From Candidatus Latescibacterota bacterium (GTDB taxonomy: Bacteria; Latescibacterota; UBA2968; UBA8231), in assembly GCA_963422735.1 (NCBI GenBank), contig OY730476.1:3840001-3904000 (forward strand): a stretch of DNA of 64,000 nucleotides, given 5' to 3'. This document shows positions 18,941 to 28,921 of this stretch, piece by piece (position 1 is the stretch's first letter; each line of letters begins with the position of its first letter). The translations under genes and the position numbers were made by a program. Below the pieces are notes generated by a model, which was not told where the DNA came from, made no database searches, and saw only the letters and a program-made list of their open reading frames with translations.

Positions 18941-20614
18941 CTAGTCGGTGCTGGCGTCTAGTTTGCCCAACTCCTCTTCAAACACCACAACCTTATCGGC
19001 GTACTGATCCCTGAGCCGGGCGAACAAGGCGTCGAAGAGGGTCTTTTCTTGCTGCTTCTGCACCCACCATCGCGCCCGCGAGGCCGCTTGTGCAAAGGGC
19101 GTGGGACGGGGGGGAATGCGCTCCTGCACCTCGAAGATCGAATAGCCCTCGTCGAGGGCCACCGGGCCAGTGAGCACTCCTACCGGCGCGGCGACCACCG
19201 AGTCGTAGAGGGCGCCGAAAACTCGCCGCTCGGAGGGATGATTGTGGATGTGGTATTGCCCGCCCTCGGCATCTGTGCGGAGTGTGTGGCGGACGGCCAG
19301 CGTTTCTAGGTGTTCGCCAGCGCGGATCCGCTGCAAGAGCTGCTCGGCCTCGGCGCGGGTCGCCACCAGCACCTCCGCCACCCGAATCTCTTCCAGTTCC
19401 ATGAACATGTGCGGATGATCGTCGTAGTACTGGCGGGCCATGGCACTATCGACTTCGGCCCGCTGCACGACTTCCTCTCTGCGGAGGGCTTCGAGCAGCA
19501 GTGATTTTTCCTTTTCTTGTAACCAGGCAGCTATCGTCGAATCCTGATTTAAGCCTTCCTGCAAGGCCGCTTGATAGGCAAGGATCCGCGGCAAGAGGTC
19601 CCGGTGGACGAACTCGGCAATCCCGCTGCTGTCGAAGGAGACCGAGCGGATGAACCAATAGGCGTTATAGGTTTCGGCAAAATCCCGCAGCGTTACCTGC
19701 CCGCCCTTGAAGCGACAGAGGATCACTTCCTGCTCTTCGGGCCCCAACAGCATCCCCCGGCCGTCGGACTGGGCCATCCGATCGACCAGCAACCGGATCG
19801 CCTCGCCATCTAGCTGTGCGTTTAGTCGGTCTTTGAGCTGTGCGGTCAGCTCCTTCCAGCGGGCGCGAAACTCCTTCCAGTACTGCTCTCGCAAGAAGGC
19901 CGCTCGATAGTGTGCAGGTGCTGGGCCTTGGGACAGCACCTTAAAAATCTCGTAGTGTTCCCCCACGAGTAAGGGCTGGCTCAAGTCCCCAACCTGTAGG
20001 TCGAATACCTGCTCCCCCACTTCTAGGGGCAGGCCCATCTCCTCCAAGTTGCCGCGCCCGTACCAAGCATCGAGTACCCCGCCGTGGGCGGCTGTCGGCG
20101 CGATAGAATACCCGCGGGCCACCTCGGCAAAATCCCGCCCCTGCTCCAAGTCGCGCATGGCCTTTTGGGCTTCTGCCGCGCTAGCGGTGCGGATATGGGC
20201 CAAGCGCAACATCCGATTCCACTTGCTCGTCGCAAAACCCTGACGCGTGCTTTCTACTGCGAGATCTACATCCGCGAGGATGGTCCGCACGGCGTACTCG
20301 TCAACCAGTTTCTTGCGCTGTTCCCGCTCCCATTGGCGCACGAACTCCACGGTCTGATCCAGCCGCCGCTCCCGTGCGTTGATGAGCATCAGCTTCATGT
20401 CGATCATCGTCTGCAAGTAAAAGCGCCACGCCTTGGGCCCCGCTTCGGAGTCGCGGTAGTTGGCGGTGGACTCTTCCCGGAACTGGCGCAATGCTGCGAG
20501 CTCGATCTCTTCGTCGCCTACCTTAGCGACCACGTCACGGCTTGCCTTGGGTTCACAGCCACTCCACCACAGCACCGCGAGTGCGACTCCCACAACGGCC
20601 CGAGCCAGCACCAT
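18941..20614 (-). CDS. PpiC/SurA-type peptidylprolyl isomerase, probable lipoprotein
   Basis: WSGC lipobox-like motif, VVAKVGDEEI, and two parvulin-like units (LAHIRT...GRDFAEVARGYS...GG.L; VAEVLV...LETLAVRHT). Confidence 0.8.
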   Translation of the reverse strand: MVLARAVVGVALAVLWWSGCEPKASRDVVAKVGDEEIELAALRQFREESTANYRDSEAGPKAWRFYLQTMIDMKLMLINARERRLDQTVEFVRQWEREQRKKLVDEYAVRTILADVDLAVESTRQGFATSKWNRMLRLAHIRTASAAEAQKAMRDLEQGRDFAEVARGYSIAPTAAHGGVLDAWYGRGNLEEMGLPLEVGEQVFDLQVGDLSQPLLVGEHYEIFKVLSQGPAPAHYRAAFLREQYWKEFRARWKELTAQLKDRLNAQLDGEAIRLLVDRMAQSDGRGMLLGPEEQEVILCRFKGGQVTLRDFAETYNAYWFIRSVSFDSSGIAEFVHRDLLPRILAYQAALQEGLNQDSTIAAWLQEKEKSLLLEALRREEVVQRAEVDSAMARQYYDDHPHMFMELEEIRVAEVLVATRAEAEQLLQRIRAGEHLETLAVRHTLRTDAEGGQYHIHNHPSERRVFGALYDSVVAAPVGVLTGPVALDEGYSIFEVQERIPPRPTPFAQAASRARWWVQKQQEKTLFDALFARLRDQYADKVVVFEEELGKLDASTD

Positions 20615-21387
20615 TAGAGTTCCTCGTTGCGGCGGTGCTTGGCCAAGTACACTTCGCGCGTAAATGGATAGGTGATACCTATGGTCTCCACTGGCTGATC
20701 TCGGTAGTCGAAGCGCAGCACCATCTCCGCGATTCGCACTTCAAACGCTTCGACATCATTCGCCAGCGGGGCGAAGGCGATGAAACCTTCGCGCTCTTGG
20801 CCGCTGAAGATCATTTCGTCTTCTGGGTACAAGGTGCGGAGCAGCAGGTCGCGCCGCTCGCGGAAGGGGAGGAAGGTATTGCCCGCATAGCCTATGGCAT
20901 ACGGGGCGAAGTACTCGTCTAGCGCCAGCCGGGTGAAGGCTTGGTAGTGCCGGCCATTGGCACTGGCGATCTCTATGGCGTAGGGATTGAGCCACACCTT
21001 GGGGTACGCGTAGTTTTTGACCTTGAGCAGAAAGACCGTAAAGCGGGTGGGATGGTCCTCTTCCCACCCCGGCTTCCAGTCGCCATAGGTGTAGGGATTG
21101 ACCGGCGCGAGATAGGGGTTGGGTTCGCGAAAGCCCTCCGGCCGCTGCGAGTGGCTGCTTAGTTGCCGGTTGAGCATGGCTACGGTCAGCGGCAACAAAC
21201 TCACCTCCAAGCGATTTTTGACGAAGGTGATGCTGCGGTCGTCGCGGACGACGAAATCCGTCGCCGACAAATCAGCGGCCGGTAATATGGGGCCGGCAAA
21301 GTGGCGATAGCCCAATTTGTGCCCGCATCCTCCGGCGAGCAGCGCGGCGCACAGCAGGGCGAATAAGCGGTGAGACGAGGTAGGCAT
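20614..21387 (-). CDS. Hypothetical lipoprotein
   Basis: ATG at 21387 (MPTSSH), LLAGGC lipobox, and motifs NPYTYGDW and FSGQEREGFIAF. Its stop codon abuts the PpiC start. Confidence 0.75.
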   Translation of the reverse strand: MPTSSHRLFALLCAALLAGGCGHKLGYRHFAGPILPAADLSATDFVVRDDRSITFVKNRLEVSLLPLTVAMLNRQLSSHSQRPEGFREPNPYLAPVNPYTYGDWKPGWEEDHPTRFTVFLLKVKNYAYPKVWLNPYAIEIASANGRHYQAFTRLALDEYFAPYAIGYAGNTFLPFRERRDLLLRTLYPEDEMIFSGQEREGFIAFAPLANDVEAFEVRIAEMVLRFDYRDQPVETIGITYPFTREVYLAKHRRNEEL

Positions 21388-21489
21388 AGCTAGGCTTTCC
21401 TTATAAGATGCTGTTTGACGGTCACTGAGTACCGGCAAGCCTGCTTGGCACCGACGGCCGAACAGGTCATACTCGTTCTTGGGAACTTG

Positions 21490-21771
21490 CTAAGTACTCG
21501 AAACAACTAAGCTACGCTCCTTGGCAGTGCTGTTTAAATCGTAGGTTGACTGCATGTTCATCCAGAGCTTCGCCGACGTTCCGAGGGTCTCGGCAAGATC
21601 GAGTGCGGCATCGGCAGTTACGCCTTGCTCGCCTTGAATGAACGCATTGAGCCGCGCCCTGGTCCAGCCGATTTTCTCCGCAAATGCCGTTTGGTCCATA
21701 CCCATAGGTTCGAGAAACTCCTCGAGAAGCATCTCGCCTGGATGGAAGGTATTCTTCGGTTGTTGTTCCAT
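21490..21771 (-). CDS. higA: HigA-family antitoxin (HTH)
   Basis: HPGEMLLEEFLEPMG...TADAALDLA...GTSAKLWMNMQ. Confidence 0.9.
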   Translation of the reverse strand: MEQQPKNTFHPGEMLLEEFLEPMGMDQTAFAEKIGWTRARLNAFIQGEQGVTADAALDLAETLGTSAKLWMNMQSTYDLNSTAKERSLVVSST

Positions 21772-21785
21772 TGTCCATACCTGTG

Positions 21786-22043
21786 TCAGTGATAGTTGAT
21801 AATCCGTACTTCATACGACTGCCCGCCACTCCATCGAAAGACTAACCGCCACTGATCGTTGATCCTGACGGAGTGAAAGCCCTCCCACTCTCCTCTTAGC
21901 CGTTCCAACCTGTTCCCCGGCGGTAGATAGAGAAGTTTTCGCCTAGCTGTTCGATGAAGCCCGGTAGCAAGTGAACGGGTCGCTTTGGTCCTCCTGTCGT
22001 AGAACAGATCCTCCGCCAAGTCATGGCCAAATGTCTGAATCAT
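21786..22043 (-). CDS. higB: HigB/plasmid maintenance killer toxin, possibly with an internal in-frame deletion
   Basis: MIQTF...RRKL...PPGNRLERLRGE...HSVRINDQWRLVFRW...INYH. The usual segment between RKL and PPGN appears shortened. Confidence 0.8.
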   Translation of the reverse strand: MIQTFGHDLAEDLFYDRRTKATRSLATGLHRTARRKLLYLPPGNRLERLRGEWEGFHSVRINDQWRLVFRWSGGQSYEVRIINYH

Positions 22044-22221
22044 TTTCCACTGCTAGGCTGGCCTCTCTCGGCTCTGACTTCCAAACACAGTCGGATGGCT
22101 TCTCTAATGTTGTCAACGGCTTCTTCTTTTGTTTGTTCTTGACTCACACGCCCGGTATAGACGAGCATTCGGTAATCCAAACTCCATCTTCGTCTCGAGC
22201 AAAGGTAATCGTGAATTGCAT
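22040..22221 (-). pseudogene. HicB-family antitoxin with a frameshift
   Basis: MQFTITFARDEDGVWITECSSIPG, then a 1-nt shift to VSQEQTKEEAVDNIREAIRLCLEVR. Confidence 0.75.
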
Positions 22222-22250
22222 GGCGTTGTTTCTCCAAGGATTTGAAACTT

Positions 22251-22560
22251 TTACGCGCTACTAGAACCGAAGTAGTCCGCAACATGGAGTTCGTCGTTAA
22301 TAGCGCACTTGTCGGCATCCCATAAAATTGTCGTGCGGCTTTGATCAAGCTCGTACTTTTCGCGTTCATCGGGCGATGCGTAAATTGTAGAGGTACAGAG
22401 AGAATGCGCCCATCCGTTAATTCGATATGAATATGCACATCGTCAAAGCGCACGTGGCGAACAGAGATTTCTTGAGGAAAGGTATATGCAGAAACTGGAT
22501 ATGAAATCTCATATTTTTTACTTTGATTCGTTCTTCAGTTTGCTCTGCCTCTGTATTCAT
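22251..22560 (-). pseudogene. DUF2442-family antitoxin-like gene with two frameshifts
   Basis: The segments MNTEAEQ, VRFDDVHIHIELTDGRILSVPL and SPDEREKYELDQSRTTILWD...DELHVADYF need two frame changes to be joined. Confidence 0.65.
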
Positions 22561-22796
22561 GCCACGCTTCCAATAAATGTGCTTGGTTTTGCTCAATAAT
22601 CTTCAGTGCTCGGTTTAATTCATGCGGTCTCAGTACGCGGCTAGAACGTGCGATCTGGATAGTGGGTTCGATCCATATTTTGGCATCATTGCGATCCTTT
22701 TGTATCCCCTTTCCCACATGCTCGATTTTCGTGAAGTGCATCAAAACTATGAAACCAAAAAATGAGACTGCCTTCTCTGAGAATCCGGGGGCTCAT
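22535..22796 (-). pseudogene. DUF4160-family toxin-like gene with a frameshift
   Basis: MSPRILREGSLIFWFHSFDALHENR, shifting to HVGKG...AKIWIEP...LLEAWHEY. It is paired with the DUF2442-like gene. Confidence 0.65.
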
Positions 22797-23007
22797 CTAA
22801 CCCACGATCAAGGATATGCCGGTCAAAATGAAAAACGCTCTCATGCTACTTGCCGCAAGCTGCAAAAGTCGGTTTTGATACAATACCCAATGTTTCTTAC
22901 TATGGTAAAATTCGACGCCCGAGCGTCAAGCCTGATTAATCCAGCTTAGTGGTTCTCGCCGTGCTCAACGGTCTAAGCCGCCCCATGCTGAAGATGCACA
23001 CTGCGCT

Positions 23008-25050
23008 CTAGTACGCCACAGCGACGGGCTGCAACCGCACCTCGAGCCCCTTATCCGTTTCCACTTCCACCCGAACCAAGTAGGTGCCGGGCGGGACTCG
23101 CCGACCGGCGCGGTCGCGGCCATCCCAAGGTATGGCGTGGCGGCCCGCGTCTTGGATGGCGGGCGGTGCTTGCCACACGGATCGCCCGTTGAGCCTGTAC
23201 ACGCCGACTTGCACTTGCGACGCCTGCCGCACCCGGAAGAGGGTGTATTGTATGGGCAACAGGTCGTTTACGCCGTCGCCTTGGGGGGTAAACGCGCCGC
23301 TACCCGCCGCGATGTCTCCCAGCACCCCGCCCGTAGAAGTGGCAGAGGCTACGACGAGCAACTGGTTGGAGCCTAACTCCGCGCTGACATCCCCTCCTTC
23401 GACGCGCTGCACCAAGCTCGGCTCGTGGCGATTGAAGATCTCGCCGCCAAATTCGCCGGCCTCGCCGTACAGCACGGCTTCGAGGCCGATGCGTAGCCGC
23501 TGATCGCCGCTTGGGTGCAAGGGGCGAGGCAAGAACAGCACAAAGCCGCTTTCTTCGCGTAGCAGGCTGTCCGGCTCTACAGCACTGAGCGGGTCGCCCA
23601 TCTCCAGATAGCGAAACGTGGCTTCAGCCGGTGCCGAGATGCGTACGGCGTCGCAGCCGATGCGGTCCGCGCTGGCAAATTCCACGCCTAGGTCGTATAT
23701 GAACGGGGTTTTCGCGCCCGCTGGCACGCGCACTTGTCCGCCTTGGGGGTGGGGTTCCTCGGCGAGGACGATCTCGCCCACGACTCGGTCGGCTAGCAGG
23801 GGTGCGATCTCGATTTGTAGGGAATCGAGGCGGGCAAATTCCCACAGCGCGTCCGTTGCTAGCTGTACGCGCAATTGGAAATACCGGCCCCACGGCAGGC
23901 GCGGGTGCTGGCTCGAGCCTGCCAACGGCAGCGACCAGAAGCTCCAGTTTTGCAAGTCTTCGGCCACCGGTCCGCGAAAGCCGACCGCCACGGTCGAGCC
24001 GTGTGCCTCTAGAGGCGTCAGCCGATCCCACTGTTTCTTGGTTACCTCCACGTGGGCGCCCAGATCGTCAAAGCCGAAATAAGCCGTTGGGCTGTCGTCG
24101 CGCCCGGTGCGGATTTCCACCTGAGCGCGCACCGGCCCGTCGGACGGCAGGAGTTGCTCTCCGTCCTTGCTCCATTTGCTCACCCCCAAGCGCACCTGCC
24201 CGAAATTGACCTCCCGCCCCAAGTCGATGATCTGCGACTCATAGGTCGCCTGCGGAGCAAAACCCCGGCCGTAGATCTCCATTTCGGCAAAGGCCGAGCG
24301 CGTGACGATGGGGTCGCCGTACAGAGTAAACCCGTCGGGGATGGCAATTAAGCGGAAGAAGCGGAGATATTGCGTGGGAAACACAATCTCGGTCACCGAG
24401 TCGGTGTTGCGCTCCTCGTAGCCGAGGGGGATGGCCAGCGGACAGCACGGCCCCTCGCCCTGCCAGACAAACCCGCGCTCTAGTTCCTCTTGCAGAATGC
24501 CAGCCTCGGCTTTGTCGGCGGTCAAACTATAGGACTTGAGGATATAATTGGGCCGGAAGGGTTCGTCGCTTTCGGGGCTGACGCCTTCGGGCGGAAAGAA
24601 GACGAAGCGCTCTACCGGCACTTGGGTGCCCAAGTCTATGGTATAGAAAATTTGCTCCTCGTCTCGCCGCTCCACGTACGTGGTCGGGTCCCCATCGACG
24701 AAGAGAAAAATTTCCGTGGCTTTGTATAGGGTGTTGTGGTTGATGTTCGTCCAGAAGCGCGGATGGCCGGGGCGGAATTTCGGGTCGGTGGGAAAGCGCC
24801 AGCGCTGCCAAGGGCCGAGCTGCGGCAAGATGTTTTCGCTCGGCTTGAGTTCAAAAGGCTGGAGTGAGTGGGAAGTGTCGTCTATCATTAGGCTGAAGTC
24901 CGCCACATCCACCGGCGCGACGCCGCCCTGCCCGCCGAACTGCCACCACTCTTGCGCCGCCCCGGGACTACAAGTGACCGCGAGCACAACACAGGCTGAA
25001 ATTGCGCCTCTCACCAGCCAGCCTCCGCAAGAAAAATGCCCGAGGGGAAG
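23008..25050 (-). CDS. Secreted protein with C-terminal FlgD Ig-like domain (paralogue 1)
   Basis: Signal-like segment, RTGRDDSP, NWSFWS, FTPQGDGVND, WDGRDRAGRRVPPGTYLVRV and C-terminal VAVAY. The start is uncertain; the track's 25254 start overlaps the upstream gene. Confidence 0.8.
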   Translation of the reverse strand, partial: LPLGHFSCGGWLVRGAISACVVLAVTCSPGAAQEWWQFGGQGGVAPVDVADFSLMIDDTSHSLQPFELKPSENILPQLGPWQRWRFPTDPKFRPGHPRFWTNINHNTLYKATEIFLFVDGDPTTYVERRDEEQIFYTIDLGTQVPVERFVFFPPEGVSPESDEPFRPNYILKSYSLTADKAEAGILQEELERGFVWQGEGPCCPLAIPLGYEERNTDSVTEIVFPTQYLRFFRLIAIPDGFTLYGDPIVTRSAFAEMEIYGRGFAPQATYESQIIDLGREVNFGQVRLGVSKWSKDGEQLLPSDGPVRAQVEIRTGRDDSPTAYFGFDDLGAHVEVTKKQWDRLTPLEAHGSTVAVGFRGPVAEDLQNWSFWSLPLAGSSQHPRLPWGRYFQLRVQLATDALWEFARLDSLQIEIAPLLADRVVGEIVLAEEPHPQGGQVRVPAGAKTPFIYDLGVEFASADRIGCDAVRISAPAEATFRYLEMGDPLSAVEPDSLLREESGFVLFLPRPLHPSGDQRLRIGLEAVLYGEAGEFGGEIFNRHEPSLVQRVEGGDVSAELGSNQLLVVASATSTGGVLGDIAAGSGAFTPQGDGVNDLLPIQYTLFRVRQASQVQVGVYRLNGRSVWQAPPAIQDAGRHAIPWDGRDRAGRRVPPGTYLVRVEVETDKGLEVRLQPVAVAY

Positions 25051-25093
25051 GGCCGCATGCGATCCTTCCCTCGGGACAGGTACTGCTGAGCTG

Positions 25094-26005
25094 CTACTTG
25101 AGGCGTTGGGACATGCTGTTTTTGATGTGGCCCCAAGTGTCGTTTTCCACGTTAGTCTCCACCGCCGCCAGTGCCCAGAAGTCGGGCATTTGCGAAGCGT
25201 CGACGTCCTGCGACTGGCTACCGTCGTTGATGTACATGGAGTGCTTGCGTCCACCGCCGGGGCGGTCGGCGTCGAGCGGGCGATAGCCGAGGTGAATCAC
25301 GTCGTCCTCGGCGAACACGTGCCGCACGCTCTCGGCCTCGCTTAGGCCCCAGATGTCCCACAGGGCACCCCGCCACTCGTAGGTGTACGTAACCGGGCCA
25401 ACCGTCAGGTTCTCGGCACCCGCTGGCAGGACGGTCCACGCAGCCTCGAAAAACTCCGGCTCCACGCCCCAAAGCAGCTCTTGGGAGTCGATAAACTCTA
25501 GCTGGCTGTAGAAGAAGCAGGTCTGATTGGGCAACAGGGACTCGCCGGCCGGCGGGAAGATGCGCACGTGCCAGCGCTGGCCATTGGCGATCTGTTCGAG
25601 ATTGTCGCCCTTGATATTCCCGCCGAGGTGATCGGCGTCAACGGTTATCTGCAAGCAGTCGTCTTTCCACCACTCCTTGACGGGCGAATCGTACTTGAGG
25701 GTGTCATCGACAAAGCGCGCAAAGCCGTACCACTTGTTGTCTGGTGGTGCAGACCAACCGTTGAGGATGGTGAAATCGTAATCCGACAACTCGACGAAAT
25801 CACTGGCTCGGTCGAAGAAATCGGGCTGATTGAGGGCGAGGGCCGGGTCGTACCAACCCCAGTCGTCATCGTTGCCGTCGATGGTGATGGCCGCCGGATC
25901 GGGCACTTGGGGATAGAACACGGTTACGCCTACGTGGGCAAAAGCGGCCGTGCTCAAAAGGCACGCCAGCCCGCAAGACAAGGCGAAAAAGCCGAACTTT
26001 CTCAT
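25094..26005 (-). CDS. Secreted CBM9/DOMON-like protein with C-terminal TWGxIK motif
   Basis: Signal peptide ending AFA, ITIDGNDDDW, DCLQITVDADH, YTYEW, and a C-terminus VENDTWGHIK. Confidence 0.7.
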   Translation of the reverse strand: MRKFGFFALSCGLACLLSTAAFAHVGVTVFYPQVPDPAAITIDGNDDDWGWYDPALALNQPDFFDRASDFVELSDYDFTILNGWSAPPDNKWYGFARFVDDTLKYDSPVKEWWKDDCLQITVDADHLGGNIKGDNLEQIANGQRWHVRIFPPAGESLLPNQTCFFYSQLEFIDSQELLWGVEPEFFEAAWTVLPAGAENLTVGPVTYTYEWRGALWDIWGLSEAESVRHVFAEDDVIHLGYRPLDADRPGGGRKHSMYINDGSQSQDVDASQMPDFWALAAVETNVENDTWGHIKNSMSQRLK

Positions 26006-26287
26006 TTATACGCTCCTTGATTGAAAGAGATAAGGAAAGAAAAAAGGATGTGGAAAGTGTCGTTCAGCACGCTGCACAACCTCCTTTCGGATAAAATGCT
26101 GCTGAGGTGATTTAACATTATAAACAAAAAAACACAGGCAATACAAACAAATTTGCGGCAAGGGAATTCCATTTTTTGCGGGCGCGACAGCGCGATTCTG
26201 ACTTGGTATTCATTGGGAACGGGGCGTATATTGTCAGCCGATGACGCTCGCCGCCTAGGCGGGCTTCCCCTCATTAGGAGATGGATC

Positions 26288-28918
26288 ATGAGGCTGACAC
26301 CCCTTTGTACCATAGGGCCGATCTTGCTGTTGTGGTGCGCGTTTGTACTCTCGGAGTCTAAGGCTTTCGCCCAGCTATCTACGGGCTTTCGGCCAGTGGA
26401 GGAACCGGGAATTCGCGGGGTGCGCATCCATCCCGGGGCCTTGGCGCCTAACCGGCGCAAGTGGTACTTGCCGCAGAACTTGTACTACGAGTACCAGTGG
26501 CGCGGCTGGGAGTACAGCAACTACGCGCGCGACAACTACGCGCGCTACGTCAACATTATGCTCGAAGGCACCCGCAACTACAACCTCTTCGGCCAGTACA
26601 TCAATCGCGGCTGGGTCATCTACGACTGGACCGAAACCAGCCCCCTGCGCCAGGGCAGTGCCCTTTTGAAGGGCACCCGCTTTGGCCGGTGGTTCGACAG
26701 CCTCGTCATCTCGTCGGCCAGCCACGGCCAATTCCACACTTCCCTGATGGTGGGCGACGCCATCCGCACGACGCTCACCCCCCTGACTTTTTCCAAGCCC
26801 ACGTTCAACGGGTTGCAGTGGGATTTTCTCGCCGACAAGTACGCGCTGACTCTCCTCGGATCGCGGCTCAATGCGCCGGGATTTACCGCACTCAACGAGG
26901 CGGGCGGATCTTCGACGCTCGAAAACACGACCCGTCTCCTCGGAGCGCGCGGCGTGGCCCAAGTGGGCGACTTCGCCAAGCTGGGCCTGACGTGGGTCAA
27001 TGTGTCCAATACTAGCAGCGAACTGAGCCTCCGAGACAACTCGCTCAAGGGCCTGCTGACCGGCCCCCAAAACACGGGCAATGTCGAGCGGGTCATCATC
27101 CGCATCGCGGACGACTCGCCTGAATCCGAGCAAACAGGGGCCTCGTTTTTCGTCGATCAGGTGATTATCGACGGAGAATTGCACCCGGAAATTGTGCCCT
27201 TGGTGCGCGGCGGCGTGCGGCGCGAGGGCATCTTGGAGGTGAGCGGCTCGGACATAATTGAGCTTATCTACGACATTCGCAACGATTTTAGCCCAACCGA
27301 AAAAGTGGGCACCTTCCGCGAGGCCAAGAAGCTCGAATTCGAGCTGGTGGTGTCCAACGACTACCGCATAGAAATCGCCTCCAATCTCCAGACCAATGCC
27401 CGGGGCGAGCAGGTCTTCTTGCCAGTGGCCCAGGCCCGCGACGAGATCGCCGATGGCTCCAACCAGACCTTTGTGCGCTTTGCCTACGGCCTGCCGACTG
27501 GGCACGAAGTGATCGGCATGGATCTGGAGCTAATCAACCTCGCCCACTTCGACCTGCGGGCCGAATGGGCTCTCAACCGCCGCTTCCGCCGCTTCCCCAA
27601 TCAGAACTTCCGCAAGCTGCCCGCCCACAAGGAAACGGCCGAAGCCGGGTACCTCACGGCCTCGTACCAGCGCTACCCCTTCTTTGCGTACGGCGAGATG
27701 TTCACCATAGATCCCGATTACAGCACCACGGCCTTTATCGCCGATCCGGGCGGAGTCATCGACTACGCCAGCGAAACCCAAAACCTCTTTGAGTTTGTCG
27801 ATGACAACGACGACCAAGATCGCTTCACCGACTGGCAGCGCTATCGCCAGAGCCAAGGGTTTGGCGGCTCGCTGGGCCGCGATACCGAGATTTTCCCCGG
27901 GCTGGACGAGAACAACGATTTTATCTCCGACTTCAACCAAAACCAGAACAGCCGCCCGGATTACGTCGAGCCTTTCCTCCGCTATCAGGTCGATCCGCCG
28001 GAGTTCCTTTTTGGCATGGACATGAACAACAACACGATCATCGACCGCTTTGAGGACGACCGCCTGCCCGACTACCCCTACGAGCGCGACCATCGCGGCT
28101 ACAACGCGTACGGGGGATTAAAAATCACCGAGAGCACCCGGCTGACCGTCGGCCGGCTCGCCGAGCACCAGCTGAGCAGCGACCGCGAGAGCCGCTCGTT
28201 CTACGGGCTGCTGACTTTAGAAAAATCCTATCCCGGGCTGGACGTGGCCCTTTTTGAACACGCCAAACTAGTGGCCGACACCTTGCCCGAAGACCGCATC
28301 GTCTGGCGCGACCCCATCGGCCTGACGGATTTTGCCGATCCGCTCGACAATCAAGATACCTTTGTCAACGCGCTGTACTTGCAGGCCCGCTACTTTCGCA
28401 TCCGCAACCTAAACGTCGAGGGCAAGCTCAAGTACGAGCACTTTAACCAGCTCGGCGCGCAGGCCAGTCTAAAGCGCGACCGCTCGTTTTTAGGCCTGAT
28501 CAACAAGGCCGATTACTCCATCCGCCCCAGCGACCGGCTCGCCCTCTATCCCAAGTGGAAGAGCATGTACCAGCGAGAAACGCCCACCGCGCTGGCTGGC
28601 GTGAAAGCCAATGAACTGACCGAGAGTTTTTTCTTTTTGGGTCAGTACTCGATCCTGCCTAAGACGCACTTGGACTTCGGCGTTGAATTCAGTCTCTTCG
28701 AGAACCTAGCCGAGCGCCCAGCCGAGGCGTCGCCGAGCTATGTCGAGGACTTCCGCAGCCTCGTCTTTTCGACCCTGCTGACCAATGTATCGTCCTATCA
28801 AGGGTACGAGCTGACCATGAATGCGGGCTTCCTGCTAGAGCGCCAGTTCTTCGCGGAGCAGACCCAGAAGCAATCGATCGTCTTCGTCCGCATCTTCGCT
28901 GCCACGGGCGGGGTGTAA
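26288..28918 (+). CDS. Large exported hypothetical protein, probably outer-membrane beta-barrel-like, with Asp-rich Ca-binding-type loops
   Basis: AGGAG RBS and ATG at 26288, signal peptide ending AFA, DDNDDQD/DENNDFISD/DMNNNTIID loops, and alternating beta-strand patterns in the C-terminal part. Confidence 0.7.
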   Translation: MRLTPLCTIGPILLLWCAFVLSESKAFAQLSTGFRPVEEPGIRGVRIHPGALAPNRRKWYLPQNLYYEYQWRGWEYSNYARDNYARYVNIMLEGTRNYNLFGQYINRGWVIYDWTETSPLRQGSALLKGTRFGRWFDSLVISSASHGQFHTSLMVGDAIRTTLTPLTFSKPTFNGLQWDFLADKYALTLLGSRLNAPGFTALNEAGGSSTLENTTRLLGARGVAQVGDFAKLGLTWVNVSNTSSELSLRDNSLKGLLTGPQNTGNVERVIIRIADDSPESEQTGASFFVDQVIIDGELHPEIVPLVRGGVRREGILEVSGSDIIELIYDIRNDFSPTEKVGTFREAKKLEFELVVSNDYRIEIASNLQTNARGEQVFLPVAQARDEIADGSNQTFVRFAYGLPTGHEVIGMDLELINLAHFDLRAEWALNRRFRRFPNQNFRKLPAHKETAEAGYLTASYQRYPFFAYGEMFTIDPDYSTTAFIADPGGVIDYASETQNLFEFVDDNDDQDRFTDWQRYRQSQGFGGSLGRDTEIFPGLDENNDFISDFNQNQNSRPDYVEPFLRYQVDPPEFLFGMDMNNNTIIDRFEDDRLPDYPYERDHRGYNAYGGLKITESTRLTVGRLAEHQLSSDRESRSFYGLLTLEKSYPGLDVALFEHAKLVADTLPEDRIVWRDPIGLTDFADPLDNQDTFVNALYLQARYFRIRNLNVEGKLKYEHFNQLGAQASLKRDRSFLGLINKADYSIRPSDRLALYPKWKSMYQRETPTALAGVKANELTESFFFLGQYSILPKTHLDFGVEFSLFENLAERPAEASPSYVEDFRSLVFSTLLTNVSSYQGYELTMNAGFLLERQFFAEQTQKQSIVFVRIFAATGGV

Positions 28919-28921
28919 TCC

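Noticed and set aside
22040-22453. 137-aa ORF as a real gene
   Set aside because: It is a chimera of frameshifted DUF2442-like and HicB-like remnants.
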